Below are positions 41,935 through 51,399 of a stretch of 64,000 nucleotides of DNA, piece by piece. How positions within the stretch are numbered: position 1 is the stretch's first letter; each line of letters starts with the position of its first letter. The position numbers and the translations under genes are program-made. The notes below the pieces were generated by a model. It worked only from the letters and a program-made list of their open reading frames with translations. It ran no database searches and had not been told where the DNA came from. Origin of the DNA: an uncultured Candidatus Rokubacteria bacterium (GTDB lineage Bacteria; Methylomirabilota; Methylomirabilia; Rokubacteriales; DASRDR01); assembly GCA_963708025.1 (NCBI GenBank), contig CAVPSB010000002.1:128001-192000 (forward strand), written 5' to 3'.

Positions 41935-42933
41935 ATGCGAGGGATGACGGCCGTCCTCGTCGGATTGCTCGCGCTGCTGGCGTCGATCGGCGCCGGCGCC
42001 CAGACCCCGGCGACGCTGCAGGTGATCGTGTTCCCCGGTGGCTTCAACTGGCCCATCTGGGCGGCCCAGGAGAAGGGCCTCTTCGCCCGCGAGGGGCTCG
42101 ACGTCAAGCTCACGCCGACGCCCTCGTCCGTCTTCCAGCTCCAGAACCTGATCGAGGGCAAGTTCGACATCGGGAGCACCGCCTTCGACAACGTGGTGGC
42201 CTACCAGGAAGGCCAGGGCGAGGCCCCGGTGTCGGGGACGCCCGACCTCTTCGCCTTCATGGGCGGGGACAACGGCTTCCTCCGGCTCGTGGTCGTGCCC
42301 GAGGTGAAGAGCTACGCCGACCTCCGGGGCCGGGAGCTCTCGGTCGACGCGCTCACCACCGGGTACTCCTTCGTGCTCCAGAGGATGCTCCAGGCGGGCG
42401 GTCTGCAACAGGGCGACTACGCCCTGGTCCGCGCCGGCGGCGTCCTGCAGCGCTGGGAGGCGCTCCGCGAGAAGAAGCACGCGGGGACGATGCTGATCAC
42501 GCCGTTCGAGGTCATGGCCGAGGCGGCCGGGTTCCACCGGCTCGGCAACGCCGTGGACGTCCTGGGCCGCTACCAGGGCCTGGTGGGCGCGGCGCGCCGG
42601 TCGTGGGCGCGGGACAACCCGGACCGGCTGGTCGGCTACATCCGCGCCTATCGGGCGGCCCTGGCCTGGCTCTACGACCCCGCCAACCGGGCCGAGGCGC
42701 TCCAGATCTTGCAGAAGAACGTGCGCGGGATGACGCCCGAGCTGGCGGGCAAGACCCACGAGGTCCTGCTGGCGCCCGCCGGCGGGTTCGAGCGGAGCGC
42801 CGCGCTCGACCTGGAGGGGGCGCGCACTGTCCTCAAGCTGCGGAGCGAGTACGGGCAGCCCCGGAAGGAGCTGACCGACCCGACCCGCTACGTCGACCTC
42901 TCGTACTACGAGCGAGCATCCAGGCCTCGTTGA
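41935..42933 (+). CDS. SsuA/THI5/NMT1-like ABC substrate-binding protein
   Basis: Signal peptide; AQEKGLFAREGLDV, SYADLRGR.LSVDALTTGY. Confidence 0.85.
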   Translation: MRGMTAVLVGLLALLASIGAGAQTPATLQVIVFPGGFNWPIWAAQEKGLFAREGLDVKLTPTPSSVFQLQNLIEGKFDIGSTAFDNVVAYQEGQGEAPVSGTPDLFAFMGGDNGFLRLVVVPEVKSYADLRGRELSVDALTTGYSFVLQRMLQAGGLQQGDYALVRAGGVLQRWEALREKKHAGTMLITPFEVMAEAAGFHRLGNAVDVLGRYQGLVGAARRSWARDNPDRLVGYIRAYRAALAWLYDPANRAEALQILQKNVRGMTPELAGKTHEVLLAPAGGFERSAALDLEGARTVLKLRSEYGQPRKELTDPTRYVDLSYYERASRPR

Positions 42934-42951
42934 GCCAGTAGGAGGACCATC

Positions 42952-43864
42952 ATGCCAGTCCGAGCCCTGCTCCATTACGCGCTCGAGATTCCCGATCAGA
43001 CCGTCGGCGAGACCTTCTACCGGACGTTCGGGCTCGTCGGCGAGTCCGCGCGGGACGACGCGGTGCACCTCCGCCCCGCCTCGCTCGGAGCGGGAGTGCA
43101 CCCTCCTCTACCCGGGCCCGCGCAAGCGCCTCCATCACCTCGCCTTCGGCGCCCCCGGGGACGAGTTCGCGGCGGTGCGGGAGTCGATCCGCCGGGCCGG
43201 CGTCCGCGAGGTCGATCCGCCCCGGGGCGCGCCGGAGGGGGGCGTGTGGATCCGCGACCCGGACGGCAACCTCGTGAACGTCCGCCCGGAGGGGGGCCAG
43301 GAGCCGCCGGCCGACCCGCCGCTGGCCGTCAACACCCCGGGGCACATCCTGCGCGAGGTGGTGCGCGGCTACCCTGATCGGGGCCTCCAGCCGGCGCCCC
43401 GCAAGCTCGGCCACGTGCTCTTCTTCACCCCGGACGTGGACCGCCAGATCGACTTCTACATGCGCGTCCTCGGCCTCAAGCTCTCCGACCGGGTGAAGAG
43501 CCTCATCGCGTTCCTCCGCTGCACCACCGATCACCACAACCTGGCATTCCTCACATCGAAGGGGCCGGGGTTCCACCACGCCTCGTTCCAGGTCGGCTCG
43601 GTGGACGAGATCGCGCTCGGCGCCGGCCGGATGCGGGACGCCGGCTGGCAGATGGGGTGGGGCCTGGGCCGCCACGTGATCGGGTCGAACTACTTCTACT
43701 ACACGCGCGACCCCTGGGGCAGCTTCGCCGAGTACTACCACGACCTCGACTTCATCCCCGAGCAGTGCGCCTGGACCCCGCGCGACTTCCCGGAGGAGGA
43801 CTCGCTCTACGTCTGGGGCCCGCCGCTGCCCCCGGAGTTCGTCGAGAACACCGAGCTGACCTGA
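42952..43864 (+). CDS. Two-domain VOC family protein (extradiol dioxygenase-like), frameshift near 43085
   Basis: AGGAGG SD; LHYAL, RDPDGN, KLGHV, DHHNLAF, HHASF, WGLGRH.IGSNYF.Y.RDPWG...EY. Confidence 0.85.
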
Positions 43865-43865
43865 G

Positions 43866-44585
43866 ATGGTGCGTCGTCTGCTCCTGACGCTCCTCCTCCT
43901 GGCCGGGGCGGCGGCCGCCTCGGCCGAGCCGATCCTCGACGCCTTCGAGGCGGCCGCGCTCGGACCGCTCTGGACGGCCCGCGCGGTGCCGGGGCGCGTC
44001 ACCATCCAGGGGGACATCGTCCGCTCGGGCGCCTCCGCGGTACGGCTCGAGGTGAACGAGGGCGACATGGCCCAGGTGGGCGGTGACAGCGAGGCGACAG
44101 AGCGGGCGGAGATCCGGGAGGCGCGCGGACTCGAGGCGCGCTTCGGCGAGACTCACGAGTATCAGTTCAGCATGTACGTCCCGGTCGACTTCCCCATCGT
44201 CGACACCCGGCTCGTCACCAGCCAGTGGAAGCAGGACTGCGACGTCTGCTCCAGGAACCGGAGCCCGATCGTGGCCCAGCGCTACCGTCGGGGGGTGCTC
44301 CTCGTGACCATCGAGACGCTGAACGGCCGCTCCACGATCTACCGGCATCCCGAGACGATCCAGGGACGGTGGCTCGATCTTCGCTACCGCATCCGGTTCG
44401 GATGGACCGATGGCGCCGTGACGGTCTGGGTGAACGGGGCGCGCGTGGTCGACTACAAGGGGCCGCTCGGCTACCCGGACGACCCACCGCTGGTGCGCTT
44501 CGGGATGGGCCCCTACCGGAACCGGATGAGCCAGCCGATGGTCCTCTACTTCGACGACTACCGGAGGGAGCGCGTGACCGAGTAG
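43866..44585 (+). CDS. Secreted polysaccharide lyase / heparin lyase I-like protein
   Basis: Signal peptide; G..AVR.EV..GD, ERAE, Y.FSMY.P.DF, QWKQ, GRW, G.YR, YFDDY. Confidence 0.7.
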   Translation: MVRRLLLTLLLLAGAAAASAEPILDAFEAAALGPLWTARAVPGRVTIQGDIVRSGASAVRLEVNEGDMAQVGGDSEATERAEIREARGLEARFGETHEYQFSMYVPVDFPIVDTRLVTSQWKQDCDVCSRNRSPIVAQRYRRGVLLVTIETLNGRSTIYRHPETIQGRWLDLRYRIRFGWTDGAVTVWVNGARVVDYKGPLGYPDDPPLVRFGMGPYRNRMSQPMVLYFDDYRRERVTE

Positions 44586-44679
44586 CGCCGGCCGGCGCCG
44601 ACCTCACGCCGGCCGGCCCCCGTGCCCGCTTCTGGGGCTGCCACCGGGCCTTCGTGGTACCCTTCAGGTCGAGCGCCGC

Positions 44680-45150
44680 ATGGAATTCGAGCGGTTCCTG
44701 GCGGTCTTACGGGCCCTCGAGCGCGAGGGGGTCGAGTACGTGCTCGTCGGCGCGACCGCGCTGGGCCTCCACGGGATCATCCGCGCGACGGAGGACATGG
44801 ACCTGTTCGTCCGCCCGGCCGCCGACAACGTCGAGCGCCTCCGGCGAGCGCTCCGCTCCGTCTGGGACGACCCCGACATCGACCAGATCAGGACGGAGGA
44901 CCTCGCCGGGGAGTTCCCGACGATCCGGTATGGCCCGCCGGGTGAAGACTTCGTCATCGACCTTCTGTCCCGCCTGGGCTCGGCGTTCGGGTTCGACGAT
45001 CTCGAGGCCGAGATCGTGATGGTCGAGGGGATCGGAGTGCGCGTGGCGACCCCCTCGACGCTCTACCGGATGAAGAAGGACACCGTGCGGCCGATCGACC
45101 GGGCGGATGCCGCCGCGCTCAGGGAAAAGTTCGGGCTGCGGGACGGGTAG
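44680..45150 (+). CDS. Nucleotidyltransferase-fold protein
   Basis: V.YVLVG..A..LHG..RATED.DL motif; L..MK....R..D..D. Confidence 0.8.
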   Translation: MEFERFLAVLRALEREGVEYVLVGATALGLHGIIRATEDMDLFVRPAADNVERLRRALRSVWDDPDIDQIRTEDLAGEFPTIRYGPPGEDFVIDLLSRLGSAFGFDDLEAEIVMVEGIGVRVATPSTLYRMKKDTVRPIDRADAAALREKFGLRDG

Positions 45151-45151
45151 G

Positions 45152-45391
45152 ATGCCGGTCGAGCGCTTCCGGGACCTCGATGCGGCGCGACGGGCGCTGT
45201 GGGCGGCCCGTGACGACCCGAACCTGACCGCCCGCATCCGCCGGCTGTGGAGCATCGCGTCGCGCCTGGTGCCGCTCGGGATCCCGCGAGGCGTCAGGAA
45301 GTTCCGGCGGATCGAGGATGCCAACCGCGAGCGTGAGGCCTGGGTCGAGCGGCGCGTCCGCGGGCTCCGCCGGGAACGGGCTTCGGACTGA
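45152..45391 (+). CDS. Small basic hypothetical protein coupled to the nucleotidyltransferase
   Basis: ATG 1 nt after upstream stop; MPVERFRDL...PRGVRKFRRIEDA..ERE.W. Confidence 0.7.
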   Translation: MPVERFRDLDAARRALWAARDDPNLTARIRRLWSIASRLVPLGIPRGVRKFRRIEDANREREAWVERRVRGLRRERASD

Positions 45392-45401
45392 GGGCCCCCA
45401 G

Positions 45402-46334
45402 TCAGCCACGCTTCCCGCGTCGCGGCGGCGGGGAGAGGCGTCCCGAGGGCGAGACGACGACCGTCTCGAAGTGCGCGGGCACGGCCACTTCGCTCCTCGG
45501 TGCCACCGCCTTGACCTCGGCGACGAACGACCGCGTCCCCTCCCGGGCCTCGGCCTGGGACGCCCCGAACGGGAGCCCCTGCTCGTCCCAGTGCGTCGCG
45601 ATCACGACTCGGGGCCGACCGAGGGCGCGCAGGAGCCGTCCGGTGTAGTCGTGGATCTCCAGGCGCGGCCACGCGGCCGCGATCAGGACGATCCCCGGTC
45701 GGAGCCCCTGGACCTCGCGCTCGATGTAGTTCATCGAACCGAAGACGAGGATCTGGTGTCCGCCGAGGCGGATCAGGTACGCCAGGGTGCCTCCCTCCAC
45801 GTAGTCGCGGAGCCTGAGGGGCGGCACGACGTCGCGCGATACGATGCCGGAGCTGGAATAGTGCTTGGCGCTCAGGGCGGAGTGGAGACTCGGGACTACC
45901 GCGATCGAGAGGCGTTCGAACTCGTAGTCCTCGCCGCCGCGCACCGTCAGGATCTGCACGTCGGGAACCCCACCGGCTCGGGCGACGTTCGCCGTGCTCT
46001 CGGTGCCGATCACGGTTGCCCCGGTCTTTCGGGCGATGTACGGCATGTCCATGCAGTGATTGAAGTGGGAGTGGGACAGCAGGATGAAGTCGGCCCGCGG
46101 GACGCGGGCGTCGATCGTCGCCGCGTCGGTCGCCGGCACGTCGTCCATGGTGAGCAGCGGGCGGGTGTCGCCGGGAACCGCGACCGCATCCGGCGCACCG
46201 AACGTTCGCCCACTGAAGCGGATGCGCGATAGGTACGGATCGAGGAGCACGGTGTTCCGCCCGTCGCTGATGATCCAGCCGGCGGCGCCCAGGTGCGTGA
46301 GGTGCAATCGCGCTCGGCCGCGCCCCGTTCCCAT
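45402..46334 (-). CDS. MBL-fold metallo-hydrolase
   Basis: LLDPYLSR, SHSHFNH (variant of HxHxDH), SLHS, THWD. Confidence 0.85.
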   Translation of the reverse strand: MGTGRGRARLHLTHLGAAGWIISDGRNTVLLDPYLSRIRFSGRTFGAPDAVAVPGDTRPLLTMDDVPATDAATIDARVPRADFILLSHSHFNHCMDMPYIARKTGATVIGTESTANVARAGGVPDVQILTVRGGEDYEFERLSIAVVPSLHSALSAKHYSSSGIVSRDVVPPLRLRDYVEGGTLAYLIRLGGHQILVFGSMNYIEREVQGLRPGIVLIAAAWPRLEIHDYTGRLLRALGRPRVVIATHWDEQGLPFGASQAEAREGTRSFVAEVKAVAPRSEVAVPAHFETVVVSPSGRLSPPPRRGKRG

Positions 46335-46354
46335 CACCGACGCCCCGGACGGAC

Positions 46355-47498
46355 CTACCAGAACTCGCGCGAGGCCAGCCGGGCGCCCTCGGCCATGCTC
46401 GCCAGCTTGGCCCAGACCACCCCGGGATCCACGGCGGCCTGACCGACCCAGGTGCCGTAGCCGCAGTCGGTCCCCGCGATGACGTTCTCCCGGCCCACCA
46501 GCTTCGCGTAGCGCCCGATCCGCTGCGCCACCAGCTCGGGGTGCTCGATGAAGTTGCTCTTCGACTCCAGGACCCCGGGGATGAGGACCTTGCCCTCGGG
46601 CAGCCGGACGCGCTCGAACAGCCGCCACTCGTGGGCGTGGCGGGGGTTGGCGGCCTCGAACGAGATGCCGCTCGGCCGGGCGGCGAGCACGATGTCGATG
46701 ATGTCCGCCAGCGGCACGTCGTGGTGGTGCGGACCCTCGTAGTTGCCCCAGCACACGTGCATGCGGACCCGGTCGGGCGGGACGTTGGCCAGGGCGTGGT
46801 CGAGGGCCTCCACGTGCAGTCGCGCCATCTTTCGGAACTGCTCGAGGCTCAGGTCGGCGAACTGGATGTGCCGGCCCATGGCGAGGTCCGGGCAGTCGAC
46901 CTGCAGCACGAAGCCGGCCTCGACCACCGCCTCGTACTCGTGACGCATCGCGTCCGCGATGCCGGCCAGGTAGGCTTCGTGGCTCGGGTAGTGGTCGTTG
47001 CGGAAGAAGAGGGAGATGACGCCCGGCGAGGCCGCCGTCAGGAAGGCCTCCTCGGCGCGGGTGGCGGCCAGCGCCGCCCTCAGGTTCTCCGCGTCGGCGA
47101 CCGCGGCCTGCGGATCGCGCACGCTGATCGGCCCGTCGCAGGCCGGGGTCCGGCGCCGCGACCGTCCGGGATCGCCGAAGACCCGCTTGGCCAGCTCGGG
47201 GAAGTCCACCAGGTCGCGGTACCGGAGCGACTGGCTCGCGCCGCCGAACCCGGCCAGGCGATCCTTGACGTAGGTGGCATAGCTCGGCTTGCTGAGCTCG
47301 CCGTCGCTGACGATGTCCACGCCGGCCTCGGCCTGCTTGCGGACGACCTCGGCGACGGCCGAGCGGATGCGCGCGGCCAGGGCCCCGCGGTCGACGGGCA
47401 CGCCCTCCTCCCGGGCGAACATCATGCGGACCAGGTCGTCGGGCCGCGGCAGGCTGCCCGGCGTGCGTGGTGAGGAACCGATCCGTGCTGCGCTTGAT
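46355..47498 (-). CDS. Cobalamin-independent methionine synthase II / MetE-like protein; probable ATC start; frameshift near 47460
   Basis: (M)KRSTDRFLTTH.GSLPRP, SDGE, LQVDCPDL, HVCWGNYEGPH, FEAANPRH.HE, TDCG. Confidence 0.9.
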
Positions 47499-47499
47499 T

Positions 47500-47611
47500 G
47501 GGACCTCCCGCCTACCCGATCGTCCGACGGCCTTCGGCCTTTGGCCCCCCTCCCCCACCCATGGACGGCCTTCGGCCTTTGGCCGGGGGGGAGGGGGGGG
47601 TCGGAAGGGGC
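47500..47611 (-). repeat. Palindromic intergenic repeat, family A copy 3 (two core modules)
   Basis: GGGACCTCCCGCCTACCC..GACGGCCTTCGGCCTTTGG twice..GGGGGAGGGGGG..TCGGA; provides the SD for the MetE-like gene. Confidence 0.85.
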
Positions 47612-47628
47612 TTCACTTGACTCGGCTC

Positions 47629-48787
47629 TCAGCCGGCGAGGGTGAAGCGGGGGTCGGCGGCGGGGATCGGCACCTCGGGGAGCTTCAACTCACGGCGGAC
47701 GAGGTTGGCGCCGAGGTTGATCGCCACGCACTTGTAGAAGGCGATCCGCCGGGCGAGCCCCTCCCGGCCGAACCCGCAGTCGGTGGAGAGGATGAGCCGC
47801 TCGGGCGGCACGTACTCGAGCGCCTTCCGGATCAGGCCGGCCACCACCTCCGGCGGCTCCACGGCCGCGCTGGTGTGGCTGACCACGCCGATCGCGATCT
47901 TCTTGTCGGTGCGGTACCGGCCGAGGAGCGGGAGGTCGCGCCCGCCCGTCGAGGCGCACTCGAGCGTGAGGACGTCGGCGGTGGTCTGCAGGAGATACGG
48001 GAGCGCGCGCTCGTAGGACGGGCGCTCCCAGTAGAGCGGCTGCTGGTTCGGGTTGCCCCAGCAGGTGTGGAGCCAGACCTCGGTCTCCACGCCCCGGATC
48101 TCGCGGTTGACGGCGTCGGTGAAGAACTGGAGATCGGCGTCGGTGGTGCTCGCGTCGACGGTGGCGCTGTGGTGGCGGGGCTCCTCGACCTGGATGACGC
48201 GGCATCCGGCCGCCGCCACCGCCCGGAGCTCGGCGTTGAAGACGTCGGCGACGTCGAGGATCAGCTCGCGCTCGGAGGCGTAGTGCCGGTTCACCAGCAT
48301 CTTGGCCAGCGTCTGGGCGCTGATGGCCCCGAACTTCACCGGCCGGTCGGTGAGCCGCTGGGCCATGCGCCAGAGCGCCGCGTACTGGAGGGGGCCGGCC
48401 CCGATCTTCTCGCCCACCAGGGCCGGCTGGTAGGCCTCCATCACCTCGTAGAGGATGTGGCCCGGCTGGAGCGTCCACCCCGAGGCCCGGGTCCGGTCCA
48501 CGTGACCGGTGATCCCGGTGAGCCGCTCGATCGGGTAGTAGAACCAGGACTTCCCCCCGACGGTGAGGTCGAAGCGGGAGTCTCCGTCGGTCACGATGTC
48601 AAGGCCGGCCCGGACCTGCTCGCCGATGCAGGCACTGCACGGCGTCGAGGTACTGCTCGCGGAAGACGCTGTCGCCCAGCGCCTCCTTGAACGGCCGGCC
48701 GCGCAGCCCCTCGGTGAACCAGGACGGTCGCGGGTAGGAGCCGGTGATCGTCGTCGGCAGCACGAGGTCGCGGGTCGCGTTCAGCAC
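47629..48787 (-). CDS. Second MetE-like (methionine synthase II family) protein; frameshift near 48625; likely leaderless
   Basis: LPTTITGSYPRP.W, TDGD.RF, IQVEEP, HTCWGN, LEC, STDCGFG; TGG-TAGCGT 7 nt before GTG. Confidence 0.88.
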
Positions 48788-48883
48788 GCGGCTAACGCTA
48801 CCAACAGCCGGACGGGGAGGCAAGGGCCCTTCCCCCGCGGGCCGCGCTGGTATAGAGTCGTGGCCCAGGAGAGGAGGCCCTTC

Positions 48884-50094
48884 ATGACGCCGACCGCGCC
48901 CCGCCCTGACCGCGCTCGCCCTCGTCCTCCTGCTGTCGCTGGCCGTGTCCCAGCCGGTGCTGCCGGCGCCGGCCGGCCCGCCGGTCCGCGTGGGCAGCAC
49001 GCTGGCGCTCACGGGGCCGCTGGCGGCGACCGCCCTCGTGCACAAGATCGTGGGCGAGATCTACGTCGAGGAGCTGAACAAGAAGAACGGCCTGCTGGGC
49101 CGTCCGGTGGAGTGGGTGCTGCTGGACGACCAGTCCAAGCCGGACCTCGCCCGCACGCTGTACGAGAAGCTGATCACGGTCGACAAGGTGGACCTCCTCC
49201 TCGGGCCGTACGCCACCGGGGCGATCCTCTCCGCCATGGGGGTGGCCCAGCGGTACGACAAGCTGCTGGTGCACCACACCTTCGGCATCCCCCACCTGGC
49301 CAAGTACGAGCGACAGTTCCCGACCTGGGCGATCGGGCCCGAGCCGGGCCGGACGTTCCCGAACCTGCTGTTCGACGCGCTGGCGGCCAGCGCCAAGCCC
49401 CCCAAGACGATCGCCGTCGTGACCGACAAGTTCCCGTCGGTGCACTTCATGTCAACCGGGGCCCGCGAGGTCGCCCAGAAGCGCGGCCTTCGCGAGGCGC
49501 TCTATCTCGAGTTCGAGTTCGGCACCCGGGACTTCGGGCCGATCGCGGCCCGGATCAAGGACGCCAATCCCGGACTTCCTGTGGGTGGGCGCCATCGGGC
49601 TCGACGGCAACATGATCCTGGAGGCGCTCCGGAAGATCGACTACACGCCGCGCAGCCACTTCTACCTCTACCCCGCCCCCGGGCCGCTGGCCAAGGCCCC
49701 CGACGGCAAGTTCGCCCTGGCGACGACGGTGTTCGAGGAGCATCCGCCGTTCACCAACAACCCGGTCGCGGCCGAGTTCGTCAAGCTCTTCCGCGAGCGG
49801 GCGGCCAAGGCCGGGCTGCCCTACCAGGCGGTCGACGTCCAGGCCGCCGCCTCGTACACCGCCTGGCAGCTCCTGGAGGCCTCGGTGACCGCCACCAAGA
49901 GCCTGGACGACAAGGTCCTGGCCCAGTGGCTCAAGACGAACCGCGTCGACACGATCCTCGGCAAGCTGCGCTTCGACGGCCCGAACAACTACGGCGACGA
50001 CCTGTCGAAGGTGAAGCAGGTGCAGGACGGGAAGTGGGTGGTGGTGTGGCCGAAGGAGTATGCGGCGCCGGGCGTCCAGCTCGTCGTCCCCTGA
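48884..50094 (+). CDS. Liv-type ABC substrate-binding protein; frameshifts near 48900 and 49570
   Basis: GAGGAGG SD; VRVGSTLALTGPLA, GLLGRPVE..LLDDQSKP, QVQDGKW.VVWP. Confidence 0.88.
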
Positions 50095-50095
50095 G

Positions 50096-50221
50096 CCGAC
50101 CGGGCCGATGGCCGTCGCCCCGGGTCGTCCTCGGCGCGAGCCGCGCCTCGACGTATGCGGCATACGCCTCGGCGCGGCTCGCGCCTGCGTCCTACCGGTG
50201 CTCGGCCCTCGGCCCGGTCGG
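50096..50221. repeat. Long palindromic repeat, family B
   Basis: Arms CCGACCGGGCCGA / TCGGCCCGGTCGG; apex CGTATGCGGCATACG. Confidence 0.75.
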
Positions 50222-50291
50222 ACGCCCCGGGTCGCTGCCCGGCCAGCGCGCCGGTACCGGTTGAACGCAGCCGACGGCTAACCGGCGACGC

Positions 50292-51149
50292 GTGCCCGTG
50301 CCGAGCCTGACGCTCCTCGGGCAGTCGGTCCTGTCCGGGATCTTCATCGGCGGGCTCTACGGGCTCCTCGGGCTCGGGCTCAGCCTGTCCTGGGGCCTGC
50401 TGCGTCTCATCAACCTCGCGTACTTCGCCCTGGCCTTTCTGGGCGCCTACCTCACGTACGCGCTGGCGTCCGGCCTCCACCTCGACCCGCTCCTGACCCT
50501 GCTGCTCATCGTGCCCGCGTTCTTCGTGATCGGCGTGGCCCTCCAGGCGCTCTTCGCCCGCTTCGGCGTCACCCAGTTCACCTCGCTGCTCGTCACCTTC
50601 GGGATCACGGTGGCCATCGAGAGCCTGATCCAGTGGATCTGGACGGCCGACTTCCGACGGCTGGAGACCCCGTACGGCACCACCTCCCTGCGCGTGGGCG
50701 GGCTCTTCCTTCCGGTGGCCGAGCTGCTCGCGCTCCTGACCGCGGTGGCCCTGGCCGGACTCACCTGGGCCTGGCTTCGCTTCACCTGGGTGGGCAAGGC
50801 CATGCGGGCCAGCGCCGAGGATCCCCAGATCGCGGCCGCATTCGGGGTGAATCACCGCCGGCTGGCCTTGCTGCTGTCGGGGATCGGCGCCGCCTACGCC
50901 GGCGTCGCCGGCGCCTTCGTCGCGCTGATCTACACGCTGGCGCCGGCCCAGATCTACACGTGGATCGGCGTCGTGTTCGCGGCCGTGATCATCGGCGGGC
51001 TGGGCAACCCGCTCGGCCCCCTGGTGGCCGGGGTGGTGATCGGCGTCAGCGAGGCGGTGACGATGGCGGTCACCGCCCCCGCCTGGGCCCCCCTCGTCTC
51101 GTTCTCGCTGCTGATCCTGGTGCTGCTACTCCGCCCGGAGCGGCTGTAG
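50292..51149 (+). CDS. Liv-type ABC permease (LivH-like)
   Basis: GLSLSWGLLRLINLA, GKAMRA, IIGGLGN. Confidence 0.92.
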   Translation: MPVPSLTLLGQSVLSGIFIGGLYGLLGLGLSLSWGLLRLINLAYFALAFLGAYLTYALASGLHLDPLLTLLLIVPAFFVIGVALQALFARFGVTQFTSLLVTFGITVAIESLIQWIWTADFRRLETPYGTTSLRVGGLFLPVAELLALLTAVALAGLTWAWLRFTWVGKAMRASAEDPQIAAAFGVNHRRLALLLSGIGAAYAGVAGAFVALIYTLAPAQIYTWIGVVFAAVIIGGLGNPLGPLVAGVVIGVSEAVTMAVTAPAWAPLVSFSLLILVLLLRPERL

Positions 51150-51350
51150 CGGGCGAGGCCGATGAGCTTCGCATCGTCGATCTCGGTCGTGACGCGCTCG
51201 GCCTACGGCCTCGCGTCCGTCCCGACCTATGGTCGTCCTCGGTCGTCGCCGATCCTCGGCGTACTCGGAGTACGCCTGCGGTCGGCGACTCCCTGCGTCG
51301 ATTGGACGGCCTTCGGCCTGTGGGCGCTGCTCGCTCCTCGGCCTCGCCCG
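51150..51350. repeat. Long palindromic repeat, family B
   Basis: Arms CGGGCGAGGCCGA / TCGGCCTCGCCCG; apex GGCGTACTCGGAGTACGCC; closely similar to 57001-57170. Confidence 0.85.
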
Positions 51351-51399
51351 AGTACTTGACCCTTCTGTCATGACTTCGGCGATTCGAGGAACCTAGCGC

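Noticed and set aside
45402-47558. Long composite ORFs (45402-47558, 11289-13064, 54684-57017, 39371-40783)
   Set aside because: These are artefacts of frameshifts and stop-poor high-GC frames joining real genes to shadow sequence.
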